Below, one piece after another: positions 9,573 to 19,497 of a stretch of 64,000 nt of DNA; the stretch's first letter is position 1; every line of letters begins with the position of its first letter. This DNA is from a virus (taxonomy: Duplodnaviria; Caudoviricetes). The translations under genes were made by a program, and so were the position numbers. The stretch is from IMG/VR virus record IMGVR_UViG_3300026116_000035. One strand, given 5' to 3'. The notes under the pieces are model-generated. The model worked only from the letters and a program-made list of their open reading frames with translations, was not told the origin of the DNA and did no database searches.

Positions 9573-10672
9573 GTAATATTAAATACGATATTGATCTTGA
9601 CCAAATTTATAAAAATTTTAGTCAAAATTGGTTAAAAGATAATACAATTTATCAAGTTGTTCATGGCAGTCATGCATATGGTACAAATATTAAAGGATCA
9701 GATATTGATATTAGAGGTATTTGCATTCCTCCGATAAATTATTTATTTGGTGTTTTAGATAAATTTGAACAGGCCGTAACTAATGAACCTTATGATTGTA
9801 CTATTTTTGGTATACAAAAATTTGTATATTTAGCTATGCAGGGTAATCCAAATGCATTAGAGTTATTATTTGTTGATTTTGATGATATCATCTATTCTAA
9901 TGAAATAGGTAATTCTTTATTAAATATTAGAGATTTATTTATTTCTAAAAAATGTAAACATACTTTTTCCGGTTATGCTGCAAGTCAATTAAAACGTATA
10001 AAACTTCATAGAAATTATATCCTTAAAGGTGAACTTAAAAAACCTGAAAGATCTGATTATAATTTGCCGGATACACATAAATTAATTCCTGAGCATCAAC
10101 AGCTAGAAATAGAAGCTCAAATTAAAAAAGTTTTGGATGGTTGGACTATTGATACTACTGGAATGGAGCCGGCTGCTGAAATTAAGTTTAAAAATGAATT
10201 AGAAGATGTTTTAATTGATTTAAAATTAAATCATGAAGATTTTCATATGTATGCTGCTAGAAGTTTAGGACTGAATGATAATTTAACCGAAGCTTTTCAA
10301 AGAGAACGAGCATATAAACTTGCTTTGCATGAATATAAATGTTGGCAAACGTGGAAATTGGAAAGAAATAAAGCTCGTTTTGAATTGGAAGAAAAGTATA
10401 CCTATGACACGAAACATGCTAGCCATCTCATACGTCTTACTTTAATGTGTAAGGAAATACTTGGGACGCATAAAATTAATGTAAAACGTCCTGATGCTGA
10501 ATTTCTTTTAGCTATTCGAAATGGTTTATGGTCTTATGATGAATTAATGAGTTGGTATGAAAATCAGGCTACTATATTAGATGATTTGTATCAAACCTCA
10601 AATTTACGTAATGAGCCGGAACGTGTTAAAATTAATGATTGGTTAATCAATTCTTTGCAAGATTATAAATGA
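9569..10672 (+). CDS. DNA polymerase beta-superfamily nucleotidyltransferase (RlaP/YcgL-like)
   Basis: HGSHAYGTNIKGSDIDIRG, GNPNALELLF, YDTKHASHLIRL. Confidence 0.88.
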   Translation: MSNIKYDIDLDQIYKNFSQNWLKDNTIYQVVHGSHAYGTNIKGSDIDIRGICIPPINYLFGVLDKFEQAVTNEPYDCTIFGIQKFVYLAMQGNPNALELLFVDFDDIIYSNEIGNSLLNIRDLFISKKCKHTFSGYAASQLKRIKLHRNYILKGELKKPERSDYNLPDTHKLIPEHQQLEIEAQIKKVLDGWTIDTTGMEPAAEIKFKNELEDVLIDLKLNHEDFHMYAARSLGLNDNLTEAFQRERAYKLALHEYKCWQTWKLERNKARFELEEKYTYDTKHASHLIRLTLMCKEILGTHKINVKRPDAEFLLAIRNGLWSYDELMSWYENQATILDDLYQTSNLRNEPERVKINDWLINSLQDYK

Positions 10673-10858
10673 CAGGAAAAATCACGTATTAGTGCCAATT
10701 AAAAACTCTAAACTATTTTTAAATGTGAAAAATGTGATCACATAATCAAATGTGAAACATTTTATCATGATGATTGGTATTTTTTAAATGATATTGATGG
10801 TAGATTTTATTTTTTAAAAAATTGTCATGAAATGATAATTGCAAATATACTAGGTTGA
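10669..10858 (+). pseudogene. frameshifted paralogue of ORF 10862-11047
   Basis: Aligns to the next ORF (KNHVLVPIKNS...FKCEKCD...NCHEMIIANILG) with two 1-nt deletions, near 10675 and 10713. Confidence 0.75.
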
Positions 10859-10861
10859 TAA

Positions 10862-11047
10862 ATGATATATAAAAATCATATATTAACCCCAATTAAAAAT
10901 TCTAAACGTATTTTTAAATGTGAAAAATGTGATAATATAATTCAATGGCAAATGGGTAATTGGTGGTATTTTTTAGATTATACTAGAGGTGGTTTTTTTC
11001 CTCTAAGAGATTGTCATGAAATGATAATTGCGGAAGTATTAGGATAA
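10862..11047 (+). CDS. small CxxC protein with C-terminal signature (array A)
   Basis: CEKC; ends DCHEMIIAEVLG. Confidence 0.75.
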   Translation: MIYKNHILTPIKNSKRIFKCEKCDNIIQWQMGNWWYFLDYTRGGFFPLRDCHEMIIAEVLG

Positions 11048-11050
11048 ATA

Positions 11051-11890
11051 ATGAGTAAATGGCGTCCAAATCCTGAACCTGGAAATTGTATATATGTTAT
11101 TCCAGATGTTCATGGCTGTAGTGAACAATTAAAATTGATTTTGAATCGTATTCTTCCTTTACGAGATCAAGATAAATTAGTTTTTTTAGGTGACTATACA
11201 GATAGAGGCCCAGATTCTCCTGGTGTTTTAGATATTTGTGTTAAATTACGCGAAAAATATACCTCAGAGCAATGTATTTTCATTCGTGGAAATCATGATG
11301 CTTTATTATTATCAGTTGCAGGTCGGAATAATGTAGGATTCGACCCGAGTTTGCCAAGTGATTATAGTATATTAATGAATAATGGTGGAGATCTTACCTT
11401 TCAGCAATATGCAGCAAGGCAAGGTGTCGAATTAAAGAATCCTAAACATCTTACAATTGATAGAGCTGTTTCATTCTTAGATATTAAACATTTAGATTTT
11501 TTAGAAAAAGAAACACAATTAATAGCTAAAATTGATAATTATATCTTTGTTCATGCTAGTTATGATCCTAATATTGCTATAGATCAACAGCAAGAAGAAA
11601 TTTTAGTGTGGGATCGTTCTTTATATAATACTGTAAAATCTCTAGCTTCAAAAGGTCAAGAATTATTTTGGGCTAAGGATTATACAATTGTTGCTGGACA
11701 TAATTATGAAGGACCATTTTTTACACCAGGATTTTTAATGCTTGATTCTTCAGGTAGCGGTAAACTAGTTGTATTAGAATTAAATACAATGGAAGCTTTT
11801 AGCGCAAGCCCTGGTCATAATCGTTTAGTTAAATTAAAAATTAATGAAACTAAACCTATTTTTTCATCAAATGCTGTAGTTGTTCAATAA
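11051..11890 (+). CDS. calcineurin-like metallophosphoesterase (Ser/Thr phosphatase type)
   Basis: DVHG, GDYTDRG, RGNHD, FVHA, GH motifs. Confidence 0.9.
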   Translation: MSKWRPNPEPGNCIYVIPDVHGCSEQLKLILNRILPLRDQDKLVFLGDYTDRGPDSPGVLDICVKLREKYTSEQCIFIRGNHDALLLSVAGRNNVGFDPSLPSDYSILMNNGGDLTFQQYAARQGVELKNPKHLTIDRAVSFLDIKHLDFLEKETQLIAKIDNYIFVHASYDPNIAIDQQQEEILVWDRSLYNTVKSLASKGQELFWAKDYTIVAGHNYEGPFFTPGFLMLDSSGSGKLVVLELNTMEAFSASPGHNRLVKLKINETKPIFSSNAVVVQ

Positions 11891-12113
11891 TATTTGGAAA
11901 TTTATCAGCTATTTCTTCAAATAGCATCCAACTACGTCCTAATAAAATATAACATTTATAATAAGCATTTTGGGCAATGGAATGATAATATTCCTTTGAA
12001 GCTCCTTTTAAAGCTTCAGGAAACATACTTTCCATAAAAAATAACCAATCTGCTAAATTTTGATATTTCTCGAAGCTATAATTGAATTTAGCTTCAGAAT
12101 ATTCTATTGTCAA
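11856..12113 (-). CDS. hypothetical protein, probably the 3' part of a gene interrupted by IS607
   Basis: Frame stays open upstream to 12191 with no ATG; may join a segment at 14094-14131. Confidence 0.5.
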   Translation of the reverse strand: MTIEYSEAKFNYSFEKYQNLADWLFFMESMFPEALKGASKEYYHSIAQNAYYKCYILLGRSWMLFEEIADKFPNIIEQLQHLMKK

Positions 12114-12225
12114 ACTTGATTTAGATAAGTCAGAGTTTGAATTTTTATATTTATCTAAAGTGTAGCGAAATTTAGATGGTAATATATCTTTTTATTATTT
12201 TTTATTATAGATTATATCAATAATT

Positions 12226-12813
12226 GTGTATAAGTTTATGAAATTATCCGATTGGGCTAAATTACAAGGTATTTCTTACTTAACTGCTTATAAATGGTTT
12301 AAATCTGGTAAAATACCAAACGCAAAACAATATGATACAGGTACCATTCTAATATCTCTAGAAAAAGAAAACATATCAGATAATAATTCTTGTGTTATTT
12401 ATTGTAGAGTTTCTAATCAATCTCGAAAAAAAGAGTTAGAATACCAAGTTCAAAGATGTGAAGATTTTGCAAGGTCTAAAGGCTTATCAGTTAATAAAAT
12501 ATATAAAGAAGTAGCATCTGGTATGAATGATAAGCGCAGAGAATTATTAAAAATGATAGATTCGAATCCTAAAATTATTATCGTTGAAAATAAAGACCGA
12601 TTAACTAGATTTGGATTCAATTTTTTAGAAAAACTTTTATCTAAACTTGATTGTAAAATCATTGTCATTAATTATGATAAAGAAGATGAGGTTGATTTAA
12701 TTAAAGATCTTGTATCTATTATTACATCATTTTGTTGTAGATTATACGGATTAAGAAGAAGTAAAAATAAAATAAATAAAATTAAAAAAATTTTAAATGA
12801 ACAAAACGTATAA
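12226..12813 (+). CDS. tnpA: IS607 transposase TnpA (MerR-type HTH + serine recombinase)
   Basis: KLSDWAKLQGISYLTAYKW, VIYCRVS, EVASGMNDKR, ENKDRLTRFGF, DLVSIITSFCCRLYG. Confidence 0.95.
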   Translation: MYKFMKLSDWAKLQGISYLTAYKWFKSGKIPNAKQYDTGTILISLEKENISDNNSCVIYCRVSNQSRKKELEYQVQRCEDFARSKGLSVNKIYKEVASGMNDKRRELLKMIDSNPKIIIVENKDRLTRFGFNFLEKLLSKLDCKIIVINYDKEDEVDLIKDLVSIITSFCCRLYGLRRSKNKINKIKKILNEQNV

Positions 12814-14083
12814 AACATCGATTATTAAAATTTCAAATCTTAATCTTATTAAAGATTCAAATTTGTCTTTGTTTATTGATGAATATTACAAGGCTACCCT
12901 ATTTTTCATTGATTACCTCTGGAATAATAAAATTACTTATAAATCAAATGATTCTGAAAAAATATTTGATGTTAAAAATGATCAATTAGATTGTCCGAAA
13001 TTTATCCCTACTGTTAATATAAATTATAAAACAATTTTATCCGCAAGAGCATTAAAATGTGCCGCAAATCAAGCTTGTGGAATAATTGCTAGCCATATTG
13101 ATAAAAGAAAAAGATTAATATATGTACGAAATAAGCTTCAAAATGATGGTCAACGAACTCGTTCGTTGACTCGTAAAATTAATAATCTTACATTAAAAAA
13201 ACCTTCGGTTGACTATATAGAACCGAATCTCAATTCAATCTGTTCCCGAGTAGAAAAATCAAATATTAAACATTTTGATCATGTTTTAACTTTGAGTTCT
13301 ATCGGCAAAACTTTCGGTAAAATTAAAATTCCTTTTAATTATCATAAACATACAAGAAAATTAGAATCTGAAGGAAAATTGCTTTCTGGTTTAATGATTT
13401 CAAAAAATAATATTAAATTAGTTTTTGAAGTTCCTATACCTGAACCGAAAAAAGAAGGAAGAGTAGTTGGAGCCGATCAAGGTATAAATAGCTGTGTAAC
13501 TTTGTCGGATTCTCAAATTACTCCTAAAAATAAACATGGTCATGATTTAAATTATATTTTGAATAAACTTAAAAGAAAAACTAAAGGTTCTAAAGCTTTT
13601 AATAAAGTAAAAGCCCAGAGAGATAATTATATTAATTGGTCAATAAAACAATTAGATTTTTCTAAAATATCTCAAATTAATTTAGAAAAAATTTCAAATT
13701 TTAGGTATAAGAAAAATGTGGGGAAATTTTTAAACTACTTTAATGAAACTTTGATAAGAGAGAAATTGATAGATATAGCTCAACAATCTGGCGTCCGGAT
13801 TGTTGAGCAGAGTTCACCATTTCGTTCTCAGAGATGTAGTTCATGTGGTTATGTAAGTAAGAAGAATAGAAAAGGTAAGGATTTCAGTTGTAAACACTGT
13901 TCTTTTCAAACAGATGCGGATTTAAATGCAAGTTTAAATCATGAAATCAAACTTTCTTTTTCGTTTATTCTTTTTGCTTCTTTAAGAGAAATTAAAGAAT
14001 TCTTCTGGAAAGAAGAGGGATTTTTTAACTTAAATGGTTCGGAGATTGTAGTCCCGGATACAAATAAAAGATATAAACGATAA
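12797..14083 (+). CDS. tnpB: TnpB RNA-guided endonuclease
   Basis: RuvC-I GADQG, RuvC-II INLEK, zinc finger SQRCSSC...CKHC, RuvC-III DADLNASLN. Confidence 0.92.
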   Translation: MNKTYKTSIIKISNLNLIKDSNLSLFIDEYYKATLFFIDYLWNNKITYKSNDSEKIFDVKNDQLDCPKFIPTVNINYKTILSARALKCAANQACGIIASHIDKRKRLIYVRNKLQNDGQRTRSLTRKINNLTLKKPSVDYIEPNLNSICSRVEKSNIKHFDHVLTLSSIGKTFGKIKIPFNYHKHTRKLESEGKLLSGLMISKNNIKLVFEVPIPEPKKEGRVVGADQGINSCVTLSDSQITPKNKHGHDLNYILNKLKRKTKGSKAFNKVKAQRDNYINWSIKQLDFSKISQINLEKISNFRYKKNVGKFLNYFNETLIREKLIDIAQQSGVRIVEQSSPFRSQRCSSCGYVSKKNRKGKDFSCKHCSFQTDADLNASLNHEIKLSFSFILFASLREIKEFFWKEEGFFNLNGSEIVVPDTNKRYKR

Positions 14084-14252
14084 GAATATATCTAACTGCT
14101 GTAAATGTATGCAGATGTGTTTTTTCTGCATTCCAGCATTTTTAATTTATCATTAAAATATTCTTCTAAAGAAACATATTTAATAATCATTTAAATATAT
14201 GTTATAATATTATCATTTTATTACAAAATATTGAACTTCGAGGTTATATATA

Positions 14253-16478
14253 ATGGTAGATATATTAATTATGGTACGTAAAAAAACTAAAAATAAAATA
14301 TTAATTGTTATTGAAAGTCCTGGAAAACAAAGAACAATTGAAAAGTATCTTAAAGATTCTGATGAAGAATACTTAGTAAGAGCTTCATTTGGTCATGTAA
14401 TGGAACTTTCTGATAAACGTTATAATGGTTTAGGTGTAGATATTACACCTGGATCTAATTATAGAATGTGTAAAACATTAATTCCTAAGCAAAAAGATAA
14501 ACTTCAAGTTATTTTAGATGCTGCCACAGATTGTAAAGAAATATTAATTGCTACTGACCCTGATAGAGAAGGAGAAGCTATAGCCCAAGATTTATATGAA
14601 TGTTTAGAATCTGTAGGAGTCCCAATTTATAGAATTTCTTTTGGAGAAATTACTAAAAATGCTATATTAAATGCATTAAAAAATAAACATGAAATAAATC
14701 ATAATCTTGTTTCTGCTCAAAAATGCAGAATGGCTATTGATAAAATAACAGGATATTTAGCAAGTCCATGGTTAAGAACCGCATTTCAATCAGTCCAAAA
14801 TGCTGAAAAAAAGCAAGTTTATAGCGCTGGCAGAGTTCAAAGTCCAGCTGTACGATTGATTATTGATAGAGAAGAAGAGATAGAAAAATTCATACCTGAA
14901 GAATATTGGAATATTTTTGCAACTTTAACTAAAAATGATGCTGAGAATAAATTCCAAGCCAAATATAATAAGAAAATATTAAATAAAAATGATGCAAACA
15001 AAGTAAAATTAGATTTAGAAGGTGATGATTTTACTATTATTAATATTGAGGCAAAAGAAAAGAAGAAAAATCCATTTCCTCCATTAATTACATCTTCATT
15101 ACAACAAGCGGCTGGAGCTAAATTTGGACTAAGTGCCGACTTAACCATGAAAATTGCTCAAAATTTGTATGAAAGAGGGTACATTTCTTATATGCGTACT
15201 GATTCTGTACGATCATCTCCAGAATCTATAGAAGAATTACGTAATTATTTAAAAAATAATAATTATAGTATTCCTATTAAACCAAATTTATTTACCGCTA
15301 AATCTAATGCTCAAGATGGTCATGAAGCTATTAGAGTTACCGATATTGGAAAAGATCCTGAAGATATATTTTTTGAAGACCAAAATCATAAAAAAATATA
15401 TAAATTAATTTGGGAAAGATTTGTAGCCTCTCAAATGGAGCCGGCAATTTTTGATACGGTTACAGTTTTAATTAAATCTTCTTCTGGACATGAATTAAAA
15501 GCTAATGGAAAAACATTAAAATCTTCAGGATGGTTAGCGATAACTCAAGATCAGGATGAAGACGATGATATTACTCTTCCTGATTTAAAAATTGGAGATA
15601 AATTAAATCTTATTACTCCAAAAGTAAAGTGTGAACAAAAATTCACACAGCCTTTACCAAGATATTCAGAGGGTGCATTAATTAAAGAATTAGAGAAAAA
15701 GGGAATTGGAAGGCCGAGTACTTTCGCTACAATTGTTACAAAAATTAAAGATCGTGATTATGTAGAATTGAAAAATAAAACTTATCATGGAACTGATATT
15801 GGTAAAAAAGTAATCGAAAAACTTAAGAAACATTTTAAATTTATAGATTATGATTATACGCTTTTAATGGAAGAAAAATTAGATTTAGTTGCTGATGGGA
15901 AATTATCATATGAAGATGCGGTTGATGATTTTTATAAATTATTTGAAAAAGAATTAAAAATAGCTTATCAACATAGAAGTGATGAAGGTAAAACTGATAT
16001 ATTATGTAATAAATGCAAACAGTATAATTTTATAATAATGCATGGCCAATACGGATTCTATCTATCATGTGGTGGAAAACATATAATTGATTGTAAAAAT
16101 ACGGTTTCTTGCACAATTATTGATGGGAAACCAGTTATAAAAGATAATAGAGAAGTTTACGATGGAATCACTTGTCCTAAATGTTCGGGACCAATGACTA
16201 AACGTGATGGAAAATTTGGTCCTTATTTAGCCTGTTTAGATATTTCTTGTAAAGGTAATAGTAAAGTTCCATATGGAAAACGGTGTCCAAAATGTGGAAA
16301 TCATTTATATCAAACAATTTATCAAGAACAAAATGTTTTATTTTGTATGGGATATCCTAATTGCTACCATAGAGAAGATTTAAAAAATGAAGCTCTGAAT
16401 CCAAATAAATATTCAAAAATTGATGATGTTCCCAAGAAGATTAAAAAAATATTCAAAGCTGCAAAAACTATTAAATAA
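14253..16478 (+). CDS. topA: type IA DNA topoisomerase I
   Basis: IVIESP, ATDPDREGEAI, SAGRVQS, ISYMRTDS, GIGRPSTF; C-terminal zinc ribbons. Confidence 0.95.
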   Translation: MVDILIMVRKKTKNKILIVIESPGKQRTIEKYLKDSDEEYLVRASFGHVMELSDKRYNGLGVDITPGSNYRMCKTLIPKQKDKLQVILDAATDCKEILIATDPDREGEAIAQDLYECLESVGVPIYRISFGEITKNAILNALKNKHEINHNLVSAQKCRMAIDKITGYLASPWLRTAFQSVQNAEKKQVYSAGRVQSPAVRLIIDREEEIEKFIPEEYWNIFATLTKNDAENKFQAKYNKKILNKNDANKVKLDLEGDDFTIINIEAKEKKKNPFPPLITSSLQQAAGAKFGLSADLTMKIAQNLYERGYISYMRTDSVRSSPESIEELRNYLKNNNYSIPIKPNLFTAKSNAQDGHEAIRVTDIGKDPEDIFFEDQNHKKIYKLIWERFVASQMEPAIFDTVTVLIKSSSGHELKANGKTLKSSGWLAITQDQDEDDDITLPDLKIGDKLNLITPKVKCEQKFTQPLPRYSEGALIKELEKKGIGRPSTFATIVTKIKDRDYVELKNKTYHGTDIGKKVIEKLKKHFKFIDYDYTLLMEEKLDLVADGKLSYEDAVDDFYKLFEKELKIAYQHRSDEGKTDILCNKCKQYNFIIMHGQYGFYLSCGGKHIIDCKNTVSCTIIDGKPVIKDNREVYDGITCPKCSGPMTKRDGKFGPYLACLDISCKGNSKVPYGKRCPKCGNHLYQTIYQEQNVLFCMGYPNCYHREDLKNEALNPNKYSKIDDVPKKIKKIFKAAKTIK

Positions 16479-16544
16479 TAAATTTGTTTGCGTCGAGTTC
16501 TGATTTACTTTGCACTACTTAAAGTAAGAGGTTCAATTTTAAAT

Positions 16545-17903
16545 ATGTCAACTAAAATAAATATCGATACAAAATCTGATCTAAATGAAGATACAATTGA
16601 AAGTCAAGAATCTTTAAATAAAAAACGATTTCAATCTCTGATTCCTAGATTTGCATGGAATCAATCTGGGATAGATTATCTAAAAAATAGACCTGAGGCA
16701 AATTTAATTGATTTGATGCATTGGGTCAAAAATAATTATTCGAAATATTGTAAATCAAATTCCTCACAAATGGAAGTTTATATACATAATAAAATTGTAA
16801 TCGATGGCTCCTTTATGCAATTTGCCGAAGAAAACAATATTAAAATTGAATGTTTAATGAGAGATTCTATTGCTTCTTGGAAAACTGATAAGCATGATCA
16901 TGAGCATTTTATGGCTCAAGGTATTTTTAGAATTTACAATGATAATTTTGATTTTCTTCATTGTGCTTTATTTCATAAAGGTAATCAAAATGAAGATGAA
17001 GTATCATTTTTTACGATTGTATCAAATGATGTATTTCAAGATTATGTTGATTTACGTAATCAATATGATAAATGGCTTGTTGCAAGAGACAGGGATCATC
17101 TTGAAGTTCATGTAATTGGAGCTGAAGGGTATCCGTATACTCGAGATATGTCTTGGGATGATGTATTCTTGGAAGAAGATTTAAAGGCTGATATTCGAAA
17201 TTATATTGAAGGTTTTTTGTCTTCCCGTCACATTTATGAAAAAATGAAGGTTAGTTGGAGAACTGGAGCTTTATTTTATGGTTCTCCCGGTTGTGGTAAG
17301 ACGTCTTTAATTAAGACTATAATTTCTAATTACAATTTTAAGCCTGTTACTGTTCAATCTGGTACCCAAACCAATGATGATACGATCACTGAGGCATTTG
17401 AATATGCAGCAAGTCAAGAACCAGCTCTTCTTTATATTGAAGATTTAGATACTTTGCTTGGACAGACGATTAGTTTATCGCATTTTTTAAATATGATGGA
17501 TGGTGTTTCGACTAAAAGGGGGTTGATGGTAATTGCTACATCAAATGATTTAAGTAAATTAAAAGAATCGGTTACAGATAGACCGTCTCGATTTGATCGT
17601 AAATGGGAAATTCCATTGCCGGATAAAGACATTTCTTTTAAATATTTAAAGAAATGGTTCGGGAATATATTAAAGGATGCCGAATTGAAGAAATTAGTAA
17701 AAGAAACGTATGAAAATAATTTTTCTTTTGCTTATTTAAAGCAATTATATATTGATTCAGTATATAATGCACTTTCTGAAAAACGTGAAGTTCCTAATCT
17801 TAATGATGTAAATATCGTTAAAAAGCGTATGTTGAAGGATAAAGAAAACGTTAAAAATGGATTTGAAACCACTTTAAATAGTGGTGAAATCGGTTTTGGT
17901 TGA
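16545..17903 (+). CDS. AAA+ ATPase
   Basis: Walker A GSPGCGKT, Walker B LYIEDLD, DRPSRFDR; start set to ATG 16545. Confidence 0.9.
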   Translation: MSTKINIDTKSDLNEDTIESQESLNKKRFQSLIPRFAWNQSGIDYLKNRPEANLIDLMHWVKNNYSKYCKSNSSQMEVYIHNKIVIDGSFMQFAEENNIKIECLMRDSIASWKTDKHDHEHFMAQGIFRIYNDNFDFLHCALFHKGNQNEDEVSFFTIVSNDVFQDYVDLRNQYDKWLVARDRDHLEVHVIGAEGYPYTRDMSWDDVFLEEDLKADIRNYIEGFLSSRHIYEKMKVSWRTGALFYGSPGCGKTSLIKTIISNYNFKPVTVQSGTQTNDDTITEAFEYAASQEPALLYIEDLDTLLGQTISLSHFLNMMDGVSTKRGLMVIATSNDLSKLKESVTDRPSRFDRKWEIPLPDKDISFKYLKKWFGNILKDAELKKLVKETYENNFSFAYLKQLYIDSVYNALSEKREVPNLNDVNIVKKRMLKDKENVKNGFETTLNSGEIGFG

Positions 17904-17922
17904 TATTATAAGGAAATAAAAA

Positions 17923-18276
17923 TTGAAAAAGAATATTAAAGTTGAAAAAAATGCATCAGGGTTTCGTCCAATAGATTTATCTTATTTTTCGCCATTAGAA
18001 GTTCATGTGCGAAATGGCAGAATTGATGAAGCTACGAAAATTTTTAAATCTATTGTTCAAAAAGAACAAGTTTTAACGTTATATAATGATAAATCTCGTT
18101 ATGTTAAACCTTCAGTTAAAAAGCGAATGAAATCAGCAGCAGCTCAACAAAGATTAAAAGCGGCTGAAATTAAGCAAAAATTAATTGATTCTGGTGAATA
18201 TGAAAAACGAAAGCAAAAGAAGGAATTAAAGCGTTCTTCTAATAAGTCAGAAAAGAAGTCAAATGATGATTTATAG
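17923..18276 (+). CDS. rpsU: ribosomal protein bS21 homologue
   Basis: EVHVRNGRIDEATKIFKSIVQKEQVL...RYVKPSVKKRMKSAAA fits bS21; extended N- and C-termini. Confidence 0.8.
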   Translation: MKKNIKVEKNASGFRPIDLSYFSPLEVHVRNGRIDEATKIFKSIVQKEQVLTLYNDKSRYVKPSVKKRMKSAAAQQRLKAAEIKQKLIDSGEYEKRKQKKELKRSSNKSEKKSNDDL

Positions 18277-18865
18277 AAATAAAAATCGTAATAAACAAGA
18301 AAATATTAAACAGGAAGCTTATGTTCCTGAATATCAACGATTGGAAAAAACCCCTATAGCTTTACCTGTTTCTCGTGAAGAATTTAGAAAGCCACCAACT
18401 AAGGTAACTCCACAAGTACCACCCCAAGTTAAAATAAATTCTGGTCAAGATGTATCTCCGGCTTGGATGCAATCACGAATTCCAGCAGCTATAATTCAAC
18501 CAAAACAAACGGAAACTGTAGAATATTCGGTAAAAAATTCATTTTATGATGAGCCTTTAGCTTCTCAGGCTGTTTCTGATTTTTCGTTAGAAAAAGTTGA
18601 AGAAATTAATGAAGAAGAAGTTGAGTTGCCCGGTTCAAAAATTCATTATGAAAATAATGAATTACAAAAAGCAGATTTGTGTTCAATTAAAACTGGTGAA
18701 TTTATTTTCATGTATGATAATGAAGTAATAGCATCAGGAACAATGGAAGAGATTCAATCTGTGATAGAGGAAATTTTAGGTTCCGGGGATTATAATATTT
18801 CGGTTGAAAAAATTGTAATTTTAAAGAAAATGAATTTTTATACTGGGGTAATTATTAGTGAGTGA
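18263..18865 (+). CDS. hypothetical protein
   Basis: 200-aa ORF with a P/Q-rich region. Confidence 0.75.
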   Translation: MMIYRNKNRNKQENIKQEAYVPEYQRLEKTPIALPVSREEFRKPPTKVTPQVPPQVKINSGQDVSPAWMQSRIPAAIIQPKQTETVEYSVKNSFYDEPLASQAVSDFSLEKVEEINEEEVELPGSKIHYENNELQKADLCSIKTGEFIFMYDNEVIASGTMEEIQSVIEEILGSGDYNISVEKIVILKKMNFYTGVIISE

Positions 18866-19487
18866 AGACAAAAATCCTAAAAAGGCGTCAGATCTTCTGG
18901 TCGAGATGGATCAGAAATTGGACACTATATTAGGAATAGTGAAGAATCAAGATAATTTAATAAAAATTTTAAATAATAAAATTTCTAAAATATCTTCACC
19001 GGTTGCTCCATCTAATCAAATATTAGTGGAGCAACCTGACTCTTCAATCAGGTTAAAAACAGAGGTTCAACCTACTAATTCGGTAACTCAATTACCTGGA
19101 TTAAAACCCGGTGTAACATTTCCTGGTATTCAGCAGAATAATCAATCAAATTTAGTAGAATCAAATAATGATTCTGATGATGATTTTGTAAATGTTGAAT
19201 ATGAATCATTAGTTGGACGAAAAGTAGCTGTTCAACAAAAAATTACATATGCAGATGGTAAAAATATTTGCCTCGCATCTGTTGAAATAACTGGTGGAAA
19301 TTTAAGTTCCCCTAAAAAATTAAAAACAAATGCTATGGGTAAGTGGATGACAGTATTAGAGCCTGGAAATTATACCGTTTCTGTTATTAAAAATGGAAAT
19401 AAGACGAAACAAAATGTATCAATTTCTAGTAATTTTGTTGTACCAGAATCTGATAAGCCTGTAGAATTACCTTCAATATCATCATAA
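18858..19487 (+). CDS. hypothetical protein with C-terminal prealbumin/carboxypeptidase-regulatory-like beta domain
   Basis: KTNAMGKWMTVLEPGNYTVSV-type pattern. Confidence 0.6.
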   Translation: MSEDKNPKKASDLLVEMDQKLDTILGIVKNQDNLIKILNNKISKISSPVAPSNQILVEQPDSSIRLKTEVQPTNSVTQLPGLKPGVTFPGIQQNNQSNLVESNNDSDDDFVNVEYESLVGRKVAVQQKITYADGKNICLASVEITGGNLSSPKKLKTNAMGKWMTVLEPGNYTVSVIKNGNKTKQNVSISSNFVVPESDKPVELPSISS

Positions 19488-19497
19488 TAGGGTTTAA

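Larger units (their letters stand above)
12181..14093 (+). mobile_element. IS607-family element (serine-recombinase TnpA + TnpB)
   Basis: Overlapping tnpA-tnpB pair; flanked by 9-bp direct repeat aatatatct (12181-12189, 14085-14093); ends approximate. Confidence 0.88.
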
